64,000 nucleotides of DNA from Candidatus Omnitrophota bacterium (GCA_041650295.1 JBAZLM010000002.1:118911-182910), one strand, 5' to 3'; numbered from the stretch's first letter, positions 28,998-38,093 are shown. Translations and numbers: made by a program. Notes: a model not told the origin generated them from the sequence alone.

Positions 28998-30082
28998 GAA
29001 TACTATTTATTGCCAATCATTTAAATGTCGGAGGGATAACTAGTTATTTGCTTACTCTGACCAGTGGATTAAAGGAAAAAGGCTACGACATTTATTTAGC
29101 TTCTAGTGGCGGAGAATGGGCGGATAAATTTAGTGTTTTAGGTATAAAGCATATTTATTTGCCTTTAAAAACCAAGCAAGCAGTTAGTCCTAATATTATT
29201 TTTAGTTTCTTTAGATTAAAAAAAGAGATTAAAAATTTAAAGATCGATTTAATTCATACTCATAGTCGTACGACTCAAGTCTTGGGAGATCTCTTAAGTC
29301 GGACTTTAGGTGTAGTGCATATTTTTACCTGCCACGGTTTTTTTAAGCCAAAATTATCGCGTCGATTATTTCCTTGTTGGGGTAAGGGGGTTATTGCGAT
29401 TAGTCAGGAAGTTAAGGAGCATTTAATTAACGATCTTAAGTTAGATGCTAAAAAGATTGCAGTGATTAATAATGGTATCGATGTAAAAAAGTTTGGCGAT
29501 GCTGGTACAAGAAACTTAGTGCGTAAGAATTTAAAAATAGAAAGTAATGATTTTTTAGTAGGAATTATCGCTCGTTTATCCGACGTTAAAGGACATCTTT
29601 ATCTTATTCAGGCGATGCAGAAAGTTATGCAGAGTTTTTCTAATGTTAAATTGTTAATTGTTGGTCAGGGTAAGATGCAGGATTTTTTAGTTAGGGAAGT
29701 TGATTCGTTAGGAATTAAATCTAATGTAATATTTCTAGCTAAGGCAGATAATACTCAAGATCTGCTTTCGGCGATGGATGTTTTTGTGATGCCGTCTTTG
29801 CAGGAAGGTTTAGGGTTAGCGTTAATGGAAGCGATGGCAGGAGGCTTGGCGGTAGTTGGTTCGGCAGTAGGGGGAATAAAAACTTTAATTCAGGATAAAG
29901 CAAACGGTTTGTTAGTTGCTGCTACGGATGTTTCAGGATTAGTTAAAGCGATTACGCAGTTACTGGATAATCCTCAAATGCGCGCCGAACTAGGAAAAAA
30001 TGCCCAGAAGTTTATTATCGATAATTTTTCTAAAACCAAGATGGTCAATCAAACTGAGGAATTTTATAAACTCCATGGCTAA
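28994..30082 (+). CDS. Glycosyltransferase family 4 (GT4)
   Basis: 'MRILFIANHLNVGGITSY...' and 'EGLGLALMEAMAGGLAVVGSAVGG' (E-x7-E motif region). Confidence 0.7.
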   Translation: MRILFIANHLNVGGITSYLLTLTSGLKEKGYDIYLASSGGEWADKFSVLGIKHIYLPLKTKQAVSPNIIFSFFRLKKEIKNLKIDLIHTHSRTTQVLGDLLSRTLGVVHIFTCHGFFKPKLSRRLFPCWGKGVIAISQEVKEHLINDLKLDAKKIAVINNGIDVKKFGDAGTRNLVRKNLKIESNDFLVGIIARLSDVKGHLYLIQAMQKVMQSFSNVKLLIVGQGKMQDFLVREVDSLGIKSNVIFLAKADNTQDLLSAMDVFVMPSLQEGLGLALMEAMAGGLAVVGSAVGGIKTLIQDKANGLLVAATDVSGLVKAITQLLDNPQMRAELGKNAQKFIIDNFSKTKMVNQTEEFYKLHG

Positions 30083-31112
30083 GGATTCTGCTTTAGAAAG
30101 TATCTTAATTTTTAATGTTAATTGGCTAGGAGATGTTTTGTTCTCTACTGCCACAATTAGAAATATTCGGCGTAATTATCCAAAGAGTTTTTTGGCTTGT
30201 GTGATTCCTAGTCGCTGTTATCCGATTTTAAAAGATAATCCTTATCTGGATGAAGTGATTATCTTTGATGAGAAAGATAGACACAAAGGAGTGATAGCCA
30301 AACTAAAGTTTGTTAATTTACTCAAGAGTAAAGGATTTGATACAGCATTTATTTTGCACCGTTCTTTTAGTCGCGCGTTAATCTGTCGATTAGCAGGGAT
30401 AAAAAATAGAATTGGTCATTATACTAAGAAGCGCGCTTTTTTACTTACCAAGAGCATTGTTCCTCCGCAAAAAGATTCATTACATCGCATAGATTATTAT
30501 TTGGATGTAATCGAAAAAGCGGGATTACGAGTCGAGGACCGGTATTTAGATTTTTTCTATTCAGTTGATGATGAAAAGCAAGTAGGTGATTTTTTAATTC
30601 AGAATTCGGTTGATTCAAATAATTTTGTAGTGGCGCTTAATCCCGGAGGTAATTGGATACCTAAGCGTTGGCCTAAAGAGTATTGGGCACTTTTGGCGGA
30701 TCGTTTAATTAAAGAGGTAAAAGCAAAAGTGATTATTACCGGAAGTGCTGCGGATTTGGTATTGGTCAATCAGATTAAAGATGCGATGCAAGAGGTGCCG
30801 TTGGTGGCCTGCGGAGTTTTTAATATAAAACAGTTAGGGGCCTTAGCTAAAAGAGCGGATTTATTTATTACTGCTGATACCGGACCGTTACATATTGCCA
30901 ATGCAGTAGGGGCAAAAAAAATAATTGCAATCTTTGGTCCCACTGCTCAAGGTATTACTGGTCCGTATCCAGCTAATAATGCCGTTATTTTACAAAAAGA
31001 TATCGGATGTCTGGTTCCTTGTTATAAAGTGCATTGTCAGGATAACCGTTGCATGAAAGCAATTACCCCCGAAGATGTTTTAAATGCAGTACATAAGATT
31101 AAACAATCATGA
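30075..31112 (+). CDS. GT9 ADP-heptose:LPS heptosyltransferase (RfaF/WaaC family)
   Basis: Preferred start is ATG 30075 ('MAKDSALESILIFNVNWLGDVLFSTATIRNI'), overlapping the upstream stop. 'TADTGPLHIANAVGAKKIIAIFGPT' GT9 C-terminal motif. Confidence 0.7.
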   Translation: MAKDSALESILIFNVNWLGDVLFSTATIRNIRRNYPKSFLACVIPSRCYPILKDNPYLDEVIIFDEKDRHKGVIAKLKFVNLLKSKGFDTAFILHRSFSRALICRLAGIKNRIGHYTKKRAFLLTKSIVPPQKDSLHRIDYYLDVIEKAGLRVEDRYLDFFYSVDDEKQVGDFLIQNSVDSNNFVVALNPGGNWIPKRWPKEYWALLADRLIKEVKAKVIITGSAADLVLVNQIKDAMQEVPLVACGVFNIKQLGALAKRADLFITADTGPLHIANAVGAKKIIAIFGPTAQGITGPYPANNAVILQKDIGCLVPCYKVHCQDNRCMKAITPEDVLNAVHKIKQS

Positions 31113-33118
31113 AAATACTTTTTATCACTTTAAGTAATATCGGTGACTGTATTCTTACTTTGCCGGTTTTAGATGCGTTGCATGAAAAATATCCGCAGGC
31201 AAAAGTTACTTGTTTAGTCCCCCCGCGGCCCAAAGAGATATTTCTTAACAACCCCATTGTAGAAAAAGTAATTATTTTTGATAAACAGAGTAAATTAATT
31301 GAAAAAATTAAACTATTTTTTTCTTTGCATAAAGAAAAATTTGATCTAGTGGTGGATTTGCGTAATAGTTTTTTTGGAGCATTTTTGTCAGCTAAAAAAA
31401 GGAGTTCTCCGCTAAGGATGATTCCTCGTCAGATCAAACATATGAGAGAGCGGCATTTATTTTGGGCCAATCTTTCTAACTCTTTAATAGCGTCTAAAGC
31501 TAAGTCATTAAATATAACTTTGCAAGATAATCAGTACATCGATAGTATTTTAAAAGATGAAAATTTAAATAATGATAATTTGATTGTGATTTCTCCTGGC
31601 TCAAGAAGTCAAACTAAATGCTGGGACAAGCAAAATTTTAGTCAACTATGTAGTCAACTTATTCAAGATGGCTACGCCGTAGTTTTAGTCGGAGATAAAG
31701 GAGATTTGCCGGTATGTGCATATTTGCAGAATGCGGTAGTGGGAATACATAATTTTTGTGCAAAGACAACTATCGGTCAATTGGCGGCTTTATTAAAAAG
31801 GGTAAAAATTTTGGTGACTAATGATAGTGCGATAATGCATTTGGCCAGCTATTTAAATATTCCAGTGGTTGCGATATTTGGTCCGACAGATGAATTTAAA
31901 TATGGTCCTTGGTCAGAACAAAGCACAGTAGTAAAAAAAGATGTTTTTTGTCGGCCTTGTCAGAAAGCGGTTTGTCGTTTTAATGCTTTGACTTGCTTGG
32001 CTTGCATAAAACCAAGGGATGTGCTTAATCAAATTAAGTTAATTTTAACGAATAATTATAAAAAAAATTACATTCAAGAACAATCGCAGCATCGAATTTT
32101 AATTAGTCGCACGGATCGCCTAGGTGATGTAGTTCTGTCAACTCCGGTGGTCAAAGCTTTAAGAGAAAAATTCCCCCAGGCATATATCGCTATGATGGTT
32201 GCTCCTTGTGCTAGAGATGTTGTTGATGGTAATCCTTATCTGGATGAAGTGATTATTTATGATAAAGATGGCAAGCATAAGAGCTGGTTACGCACTTTAA
32301 AGTTTGCTAATAACTTAGCGAAAAGAAAATTTGATTTAGCTATTATTTTGCATCCGACAAATCGAGTGCATTTATTAATTTCTTTAGCCAGGATTCCACA
32401 GCGTCTAGGTTATAATCGTAAACTTGGTTTTTTACTTAATTGTCGTAAACTACATTTAAAACAAGAAGGTATTCGTCATGAAGCAGAATATAATTTAGAT
32501 TTAATTTCCGATTTAGGGGTTACGGGAAGTGCGCAGGATTTATTTATGCCGCTTAAACAAGAGTCAGAGCGTTACGTTTCAGAATTATTGAGTCAGGCAG
32601 GTTTTACACAAAAAGATAAAATTTTAGCGATTAATCCTGGGGCAAGCTGTCCTTCTAAAGTTTGGTCAACCCAGCGTTTTGCTCAAGTTTGTGAAAAGTT
32701 AGTGAGTTTATATAATTTTAAAATACTTATTTTAGGTGGGCCTAAAGAGATGCAGCTGGCAAATAAAATCGAAGTAGAGTATAAGGGGAGCGCAAAGATT
32801 TTAAATTTAGTGGGCAAGACTTCGGTGAGTCAATTAGCGAGTTTACTTAAACGTTGTACTTTATTTATCTCTAATGATTCTGGTCCAGTGCACATTGCTT
32901 CGGCATTAGGAACCCCGGTGATTTCGATCTTTGGGCGCAATCAGCCGGGGCTTAGTCCCAAACGTTGGGGTCCTTTGGGAAAGCGCGATAAATATTTACA
33001 TAAAGATATTGGATGTATGCAATGTTTGGCGCATAACTGCACAAAAGAATTTGCCTGCCTTAAAGCGATCACCGTCGAGGATGTAGTCTCTGCTGCAGAA
33101 TCAATTTTAAAAATTTAA
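31109..33118 (+). CDS. Tandem double GT9 heptosyltransferase (two complete GT9 modules in one 669-aa polypeptide)
   Basis: Module 1 'MKILFITLSNIGDCILTLPVLDALHEKYP ... NDSAIMHLASYLNIPVVAIFGPTD'. Module 2 'RILISRTDRLGDVVLSTPVVKALREKFPQ ... NDSGPVHIASALGTPVISIFG'. Confidence 0.7.
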   Translation: MKILFITLSNIGDCILTLPVLDALHEKYPQAKVTCLVPPRPKEIFLNNPIVEKVIIFDKQSKLIEKIKLFFSLHKEKFDLVVDLRNSFFGAFLSAKKRSSPLRMIPRQIKHMRERHLFWANLSNSLIASKAKSLNITLQDNQYIDSILKDENLNNDNLIVISPGSRSQTKCWDKQNFSQLCSQLIQDGYAVVLVGDKGDLPVCAYLQNAVVGIHNFCAKTTIGQLAALLKRVKILVTNDSAIMHLASYLNIPVVAIFGPTDEFKYGPWSEQSTVVKKDVFCRPCQKAVCRFNALTCLACIKPRDVLNQIKLILTNNYKKNYIQEQSQHRILISRTDRLGDVVLSTPVVKALREKFPQAYIAMMVAPCARDVVDGNPYLDEVIIYDKDGKHKSWLRTLKFANNLAKRKFDLAIILHPTNRVHLLISLARIPQRLGYNRKLGFLLNCRKLHLKQEGIRHEAEYNLDLISDLGVTGSAQDLFMPLKQESERYVSELLSQAGFTQKDKILAINPGASCPSKVWSTQRFAQVCEKLVSLYNFKILILGGPKEMQLANKIEVEYKGSAKILNLVGKTSVSQLASLLKRCTLFISNDSGPVHIASALGTPVISIFGRNQPGLSPKRWGPLGKRDKYLHKDIGCMQCLAHNCTKEFACLKAITVEDVVSAAESILKI

Positions 33119-33125
33119 CAATTTT

Positions 33126-33296
33126 ACGCGGTTGCCTTGTCTTGGTTCTCGCGGGAGCGCTTGTTGCGGCCCAGCGTGCCGCAACTACGCTCGGGTCGGC
33201 TGCGTCGCTCTGCCAAGACAAATCTAAGGGGCATCCGTGCCCGCTCCTTGCCTCCACGTCCCGCTCGAATCCAAGACAAGTCACCCGCTAACAGCT
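33126..33296. repeat. GC-rich structured repeat, copy 2 (171 bp, lacks the 52-nt insertion)
   Basis: Direct repeat of 23288-23510, same orientation. Begins 8 nt after the stop of the GT9-GT9 gene. Confidence 0.7.
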
Positions 33297-33474
33297 TTCT
33301 GGCTTTTGCTGGAGGCGCGTTCAAAGTTTTCGGCTGGCTAACTTTTCGTTAGTGTGCAAGGAATTACGTCGAGTGAAGGCGGTGTCCATCTAGCGTAAGG
33401 TATAAGCCGTAACGAGACGTAAGCCGCAGCACACGGCGAAAACTTTGAGCGCCGGAAGCAAAAGACGGAAAGCT
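33293..33474. repeat. About 180-bp long imperfect hairpin element (candidate structured ncRNA or MITE-like element)
   Basis: Arms 'GCTTTTGCTGGAGGCGCGTTCAAAGTTTTCGGC' (33302-33334) and 'CGGCGAAAACTTTGAGCGCCGGAAGCAAAAG' (33435-33465) are near-complementary. Outer AGCTTTC/GAAAGCT pairing. Inner GTGTGC...GCACAC and TTACGTC/GACGTAA stems. Confidence 0.5.
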
Positions 33475-33610
33475 TAAACAGGACCCGCGTAAATGTAACA
33501 TAAATATCTGTTTGATTTCAGAGCAAATTATGCTAAAATCATTAAGCTTTGCGGTTAAATATTGATAGCTTAATGTCCTGAGCGCAGCGAAGGATCTTCC
33601 AATAAATCAT

Positions 33611-34540
33611 ATGATTAATCCAAATAAGGTAAAGAGATATTCAATTAAAACGCGCTTGAGTAAGGTGAATAAGGGAGATTTTGCGCTTAAACCGGCAAAA
33701 GCGAAGAGCTTTTCTGATTTTTTAGATTCTTTGCCTAATATCTTAAAAGCTAAAGATTTGCGCGCGGTTTCTGCTGCGATTGTTAAAGGTCGCCAGAAGA
33801 ATAAAGGGGTGATCTTTATGGCCGGAGCGCACGTAATTAAATGTGGGCTTAATCCGGTTTTAATTGAATTAATTAAGAAAAAAGTAATTACTTGCATCTG
33901 TTTAAATGGTGCAGGGATTATTCATGATTTTGAAGTTGCTTACCAGGGTAAGACTTCTGAAGATGTAGCTGCCAATCTTAAAACTGGTAAGTTTGGCATG
34001 GGTAAAGAGACCGCAGATTTTTTAAACTTTGCAGCTAAAGAAGGTGTGAAAAAAGGTTTTGGATTAGGTTATGCCATTGCTAATGCTATGGCTACTGCCG
34101 ATTTGCCTAATAAAGATTTAAGTTTAATTTATAATGCTTATAAACATAAAGTTCCGGTCTGTGTTTTTGTGGGTATTGGCACAGATATAATTCACCAGCA
34201 TCCATCATTTGATGCAGGTTTGACGGCCAATGGTTCGTTGCGCGATTTCCATATTTTAGTAGAAAATATTCGTACGCTGAATAAGGGTGGAGTAGTTTTA
34301 AATTTTGGCTCAGCAGTAATTTTGCCGGAAGTATTCTTAAAGGCTTTGAATTTGGCGCGTAATTTAGGAAATAAAGTGACCGATTTTACGTCGGCCAATT
34401 TTGATATGATTTATCAGTATCGATCCTCTCAAAATGTAGTTAATCGGCCAACGCAAGGCAGTGGCAATGGTTATTACATTATCGGTCATCACGAAATTAT
34501 GCTGCCTTTGTTGGCGCAAAGCGTAATTGAAAAGTTATGA
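33611..34540 (+). CDS. Deoxyhypusine synthase-like (DHS-like NAD-binding fold) family protein
   Basis: 'GVIFMAGAHVIKCGLNPVLIELIKKKVITCICLNGAGIIHDFEVA' parallels the DHS 'FLGFTSNLISSGLRE...VDVIVTTAGGVEEDLIK' core. Assignment is from memory. Confidence 0.45.
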   Translation: MINPNKVKRYSIKTRLSKVNKGDFALKPAKAKSFSDFLDSLPNILKAKDLRAVSAAIVKGRQKNKGVIFMAGAHVIKCGLNPVLIELIKKKVITCICLNGAGIIHDFEVAYQGKTSEDVAANLKTGKFGMGKETADFLNFAAKEGVKKGFGLGYAIANAMATADLPNKDLSLIYNAYKHKVPVCVFVGIGTDIIHQHPSFDAGLTANGSLRDFHILVENIRTLNKGGVVLNFGSAVILPEVFLKALNLARNLGNKVTDFTSANFDMIYQYRSSQNVVNRPTQGSGNGYYIIGHHEIMLPLLAQSVIEKL

Positions 34541-35550
34541 AAAATCTAAAAAATATAATTCAAAAATTTAAACAAGCTAAAATTTTAGTAGTGGGTGATT
34601 TAATTTTAGATGAATATATTTGGGGTAGCGTAGAAAGAATCTCTCCTGAGGCACCGGTGCCGGTACTTTGGGCTAAGAAGCGCACTTTTGTTCCGGGAGG
34701 CACAGCCAATGTAGCCAATAATATTAGTGCTTTTGGTGCAGCAGTTACTTTATTAGGAGTAATTGGCGATGATGCTAATTCTAAAATTTTACTTAATGAA
34801 TTAAAGAGAAGAAAAATTGGTACAGGAGGAATTTTTGTTGAAAGTAATCGCCATACGACGGTAAAAACCCGGATCCTTGCCGGACATCAACAGGTAGTCA
34901 GAGTCGATTGGGAGCATACCCATGCACTAACGCCTCAATTAAATTTAAAGATAATAAAATATATTAAGCAAAATATTAAATCCTTTGATGCCATTATTAT
35001 TGAAGACTACGGCAAAGGAGTAATTAACGTTGCGCTGTTAAAGGAATTAATTGCCCTGGCTAAAATTAATAAAAAGATTGTGACGGTTGATCCTAAAGAA
35101 GATCATTTTCAATATTATTCTGGGGTCACCTCGATAACGCCGAATCGTAAAGAATTGGAAAATGCGATTAGGAATCTTAAAATTCAGGATACTGCCAATC
35201 GTTTTAAAATAAATACGGATAAATTGTTTAGCGATAAAGATGTGGATCTGGCAGCGCGGGAAATTTTGGAGTATTTAAAATTAGATTCTATTTTAGTTAC
35301 TTTAGGTGAACAGGGGATGAAGCTAGTAGAAAGAAAAGGAGCGCTGACACATATTCCGACTCAGGCTCAAGAGGTCTTTGATGTTTCCGGAGCCGGGGAT
35401 ACGGTGATTAGTACTTTTACTTTGGCCCTTTGTGTAGGAGCGACTAAATTAGAAGCAGCGCATATCGCTAATTTTGCCGCTGGCATTGTAGTTGGGAAAT
35501 TAGGTACTGCGGTCACAAATTCTGGTGAGCTTTTAGAGAGGATAAAATAA
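34537..35550 (+). CDS. D-glycero-beta-D-manno-heptose-7-phosphate kinase (RfaE/HldE domain I, PfkB family)
   Basis: 'KILVVGDLILDEYIWGSVERISPEAPVPV' and 'VFDVSGAGDTVISTF'. Kinase domain only, with no adenylyltransferase domain. Confidence 0.75.
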   Translation: MKNLKNIIQKFKQAKILVVGDLILDEYIWGSVERISPEAPVPVLWAKKRTFVPGGTANVANNISAFGAAVTLLGVIGDDANSKILLNELKRRKIGTGGIFVESNRHTTVKTRILAGHQQVVRVDWEHTHALTPQLNLKIIKYIKQNIKSFDAIIIEDYGKGVINVALLKELIALAKINKKIVTVDPKEDHFQYYSGVTSITPNRKELENAIRNLKIQDTANRFKINTDKLFSDKDVDLAAREILEYLKLDSILVTLGEQGMKLVERKGALTHIPTQAQEVFDVSGAGDTVISTFTLALCVGATKLEAAHIANFAAGIVVGKLGTAVTNSGELLERIK

Positions 35551-36291
35551 ATGGATGTGATCGGAGTTATTCCAGCACGTTATTCATCGACCAGATTTGC
35601 TGGTAAGATCTTAGCAGATATTATGGGTAAGCCGATGTTACAACATGTTTGGGAGCAAGCCAAACAGTGTCGTATGCTGGATGATCTGATCATTGCTTGC
35701 GATAATGAAATTATTTTAAAAGTAGCCACAGATTTTGGTGCTCATGCGATGATGACCTCTAAAGAGCATACCTGTGGAACGGATAGAATTAGTGAAGTGG
35801 TTAACCCTTTAGACGTTAAAGTAATTATTAATATTCAGGGTGATGAACCGTTAGTGCATCCGATGATGATTGATAATTTAGCGCGCGCATTAATGGAAGA
35901 CCGATCAATTAATATGGTTACTCTAATGAAAAAAATTGAAAATATTACGGATGCGGCTGATCCGAATGTGGTAAAAGTGGTTGTGGACAAAGATAATTTT
36001 GCTTTGTATTTTTCGCGTGCACCGATTCCATTTTTAGCTTCGGGATCTGAAATTACTCAAGCTACTTATTACAAGCACATTGGTCTTTATGGCTATACTA
36101 AAGATTTTCTTTTTACTTATAAAAATTTACCGGTTTCAACTTTAGAGAAAACGGAAAAATTAGAGCAGCTACGGGTTTTGCAAGAGGGCTTTAAGATAAA
36201 AGTGATTGAAACTAATTATGAAACTATTGGCGTAGATACACCAGAAGATTTACAGCGGGTAAAAGAACAACTACAAAAAAGGATAAGCTAA
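35551..36291 (+). CDS. kdsB: 3-deoxy-manno-octulosonate cytidylyltransferase (CMP-KDO synthetase)
   Basis: 'VIGVIPARYSSTRFAGKILADIMGKPMLQHV' and 'NIQGDEPL'. Confidence 0.85.
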   Translation: MDVIGVIPARYSSTRFAGKILADIMGKPMLQHVWEQAKQCRMLDDLIIACDNEIILKVATDFGAHAMMTSKEHTCGTDRISEVVNPLDVKVIINIQGDEPLVHPMMIDNLARALMEDRSINMVTLMKKIENITDAADPNVVKVVVDKDNFALYFSRAPIPFLASGSEITQATYYKHIGLYGYTKDFLFTYKNLPVSTLEKTEKLEQLRVLQEGFKIKVIETNYETIGVDTPEDLQRVKEQLQKRIS

Positions 36292-37104
36292 ATGCAGCAG
36301 GTTAAGGTGGGGAATATAAAATTTGGCGATAAGTTTCCGTTAGTATTGATTGCCGGACCTTGTGTAATTGAATCCGAGAGTGCTTGTTTAAGTGCGGCAA
36401 AAAAAATTAAAGATATTGCTGCAGGACAAGGAATTCCATTTATCTTTAAATCTAGTTTTGATAAAGCTAATCGCTTATCCGCAACTTCTTTTCGCGGTCC
36501 GGGAATTAAAAAAGGTTTAGCGATTTTAAAGAAAGTTAAAACTGCACTCAAGGTTCCTATCCTAAGTGATGTGCATTGTGCCAAAGATATGACTGCCGTA
36601 GCGCAGGTTCTAGATATTATTCAGATCCCCGCATTTTTATGTCGACAGACCGATATTGTCTTGGCTGCAGCTAGAACCGGCAAAGTAGTGAATATTAAAA
36701 AAGGCCAATTTTTAGCTCCCTGGGATATGTTACCGATAATTAAAAAAGTAGAATCGGCAGGAAGTAAACAAATTTTACTCACGGAAAGAGGAGCAAGTTT
36801 TGGTTATAATAATTTAGTTACGGATCTGCGTAGTTTAAAAATTATGCGGGATTTTGGTTATCCGGTAATTTACGATGCTACTCATAGCGTGCAGCTTCCC
36901 GGTGGAAAAGGAAATTGCTCTAGTGGTCAGAGTGAATTTGTGGCTGGGCTTTCGCGCGCAGCGGTAGCTTTTGGCTGTGATAGTTTATTTTTAGAGGTGC
37001 ATCCGGATCCTAAAAATGCGCCCTGTGACGGAGCGAATATGATTAATTTTAAAGAATTAGAAGATCTTTTAAAACAAATTAAGAAGATTAGGCAGGCACT
37101 ATGA
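36292..37104 (+). CDS. kdsA: 2-dehydro-3-deoxyphosphooctonate aldolase (KDO-8-P synthase)
   Basis: 'FPLVLIAGPCVIESE', 'KSSFDKANRLS' and 'DATHSVQLPGG'. Confidence 0.85.
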   Translation: MQQVKVGNIKFGDKFPLVLIAGPCVIESESACLSAAKKIKDIAAGQGIPFIFKSSFDKANRLSATSFRGPGIKKGLAILKKVKTALKVPILSDVHCAKDMTAVAQVLDIIQIPAFLCRQTDIVLAAARTGKVVNIKKGQFLAPWDMLPIIKKVESAGSKQILLTERGASFGYNNLVTDLRSLKIMRDFGYPVIYDATHSVQLPGGKGNCSSGQSEFVAGLSRAAVAFGCDSLFLEVHPDPKNAPCDGANMINFKELEDLLKQIKKIRQAL

Positions 37105-38069
37105 AGATAAATATTATTAAGCGGGCCAAAGAAGTTTTTGAGATTGAGGCACAAGCCATTAGATTATTAAAAGGCCGCCTAGGTAAAGATTTTATTAAAG
37201 CCGTAGATTTAATTTTAAAATGTAAAGGTAGGGTGGTAGTCAGTGGAATGGGTAAAACCGGAATTATCGCTCAGAAATTTTCTGCAACACTAGCGTCTAC
37301 CGGAACGCCGAGTTTATTTTTGCATACGGCCGAAGCCATCCACGGTGATTTAGGTAAAGTTACTAAAGAAGATATTATAATTATTCTTTCTTATAGTGGC
37401 TCAACTGATGAGATGAAGCAAATTTTACCGATACTGAAAAAAATTGGTTCGCCGATAATTTCTTTGACTGGAAATATAAAATCAGTTTTGGCTAAATACA
37501 GTGATCTGGTTTTAGATGTTTCAGTAAAAAAAGAAGCTTGTCCGTTAGGTTTGGCTCCGACTGCTTCAACCACGGCGTCTTTAGCCATGGCGGATGCTTT
37601 AGCGGTATGTTTGTTAGAGCGTAAAGGTTTTAAAGAAAAAGATTTTGCATTTTTCCATCCTGGAGGAGCCTTAGGAAGACGTTTACTTTTGACAGTGGAA
37701 GATATTATGCGCCGGGGTCAATCCAATGCTATCGTGGATGAAAAGAAAAAAGTTTCACAAGTCTTGTTTGCGATTACCCGGGCTCGGGCCGGTTCAGCAA
37801 TTGTGGTGGATCGTCAGGGGAAATTAAAAGGGATCTTTACTGACGGAGATTTGCGTAGACACCTAGGAACGGATATGCAATTGCCAAATCGCAAAATTTG
37901 CGAAGTCATGACTAAAAATCCTACGGTTGTGAATAAGGATATGTTAGCCGCACAAGCGATGCGCATATTGCAGGATAAAAGAATCGATGAGGTTCCCGTG
38001 GTAGATAAGTTGATGCGTCCGGTAGGTTTATTGGATGTGCAGGATTTACTTAAGGCAGGATTAGTTTAA
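37101..38069 (+). CDS. kdsD: Arabinose-5-phosphate isomerase (SIS + tandem CBS)
   Basis: 'GRVVVSGMGKTGIIAQKFSATLASTGTPSLFLH' SIS domain. C-terminal CBS pair. Confidence 0.8.
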   Translation: MKINIIKRAKEVFEIEAQAIRLLKGRLGKDFIKAVDLILKCKGRVVVSGMGKTGIIAQKFSATLASTGTPSLFLHTAEAIHGDLGKVTKEDIIIILSYSGSTDEMKQILPILKKIGSPIISLTGNIKSVLAKYSDLVLDVSVKKEACPLGLAPTASTTASLAMADALAVCLLERKGFKEKDFAFFHPGGALGRRLLLTVEDIMRRGQSNAIVDEKKKVSQVLFAITRARAGSAIVVDRQGKLKGIFTDGDLRRHLGTDMQLPNRKICEVMTKNPTVVNKDMLAAQAMRILQDKRIDEVPVVDKLMRPVGLLDVQDLLKAGLV

Positions 38070-38093
38070 ATTTGCAGAGCAGGAGTAATTAAA

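Noticed and set aside
33440-33475. Possible SRP (4.5S) RNA domain IV motif 'GCCGGAAGCAAAAGACGGAAAGC'
   Set aside because: GGAA is present but the conserved 'AGCAGC' strand of the symmetric loop is absent, so this is not a convincing SRP RNA
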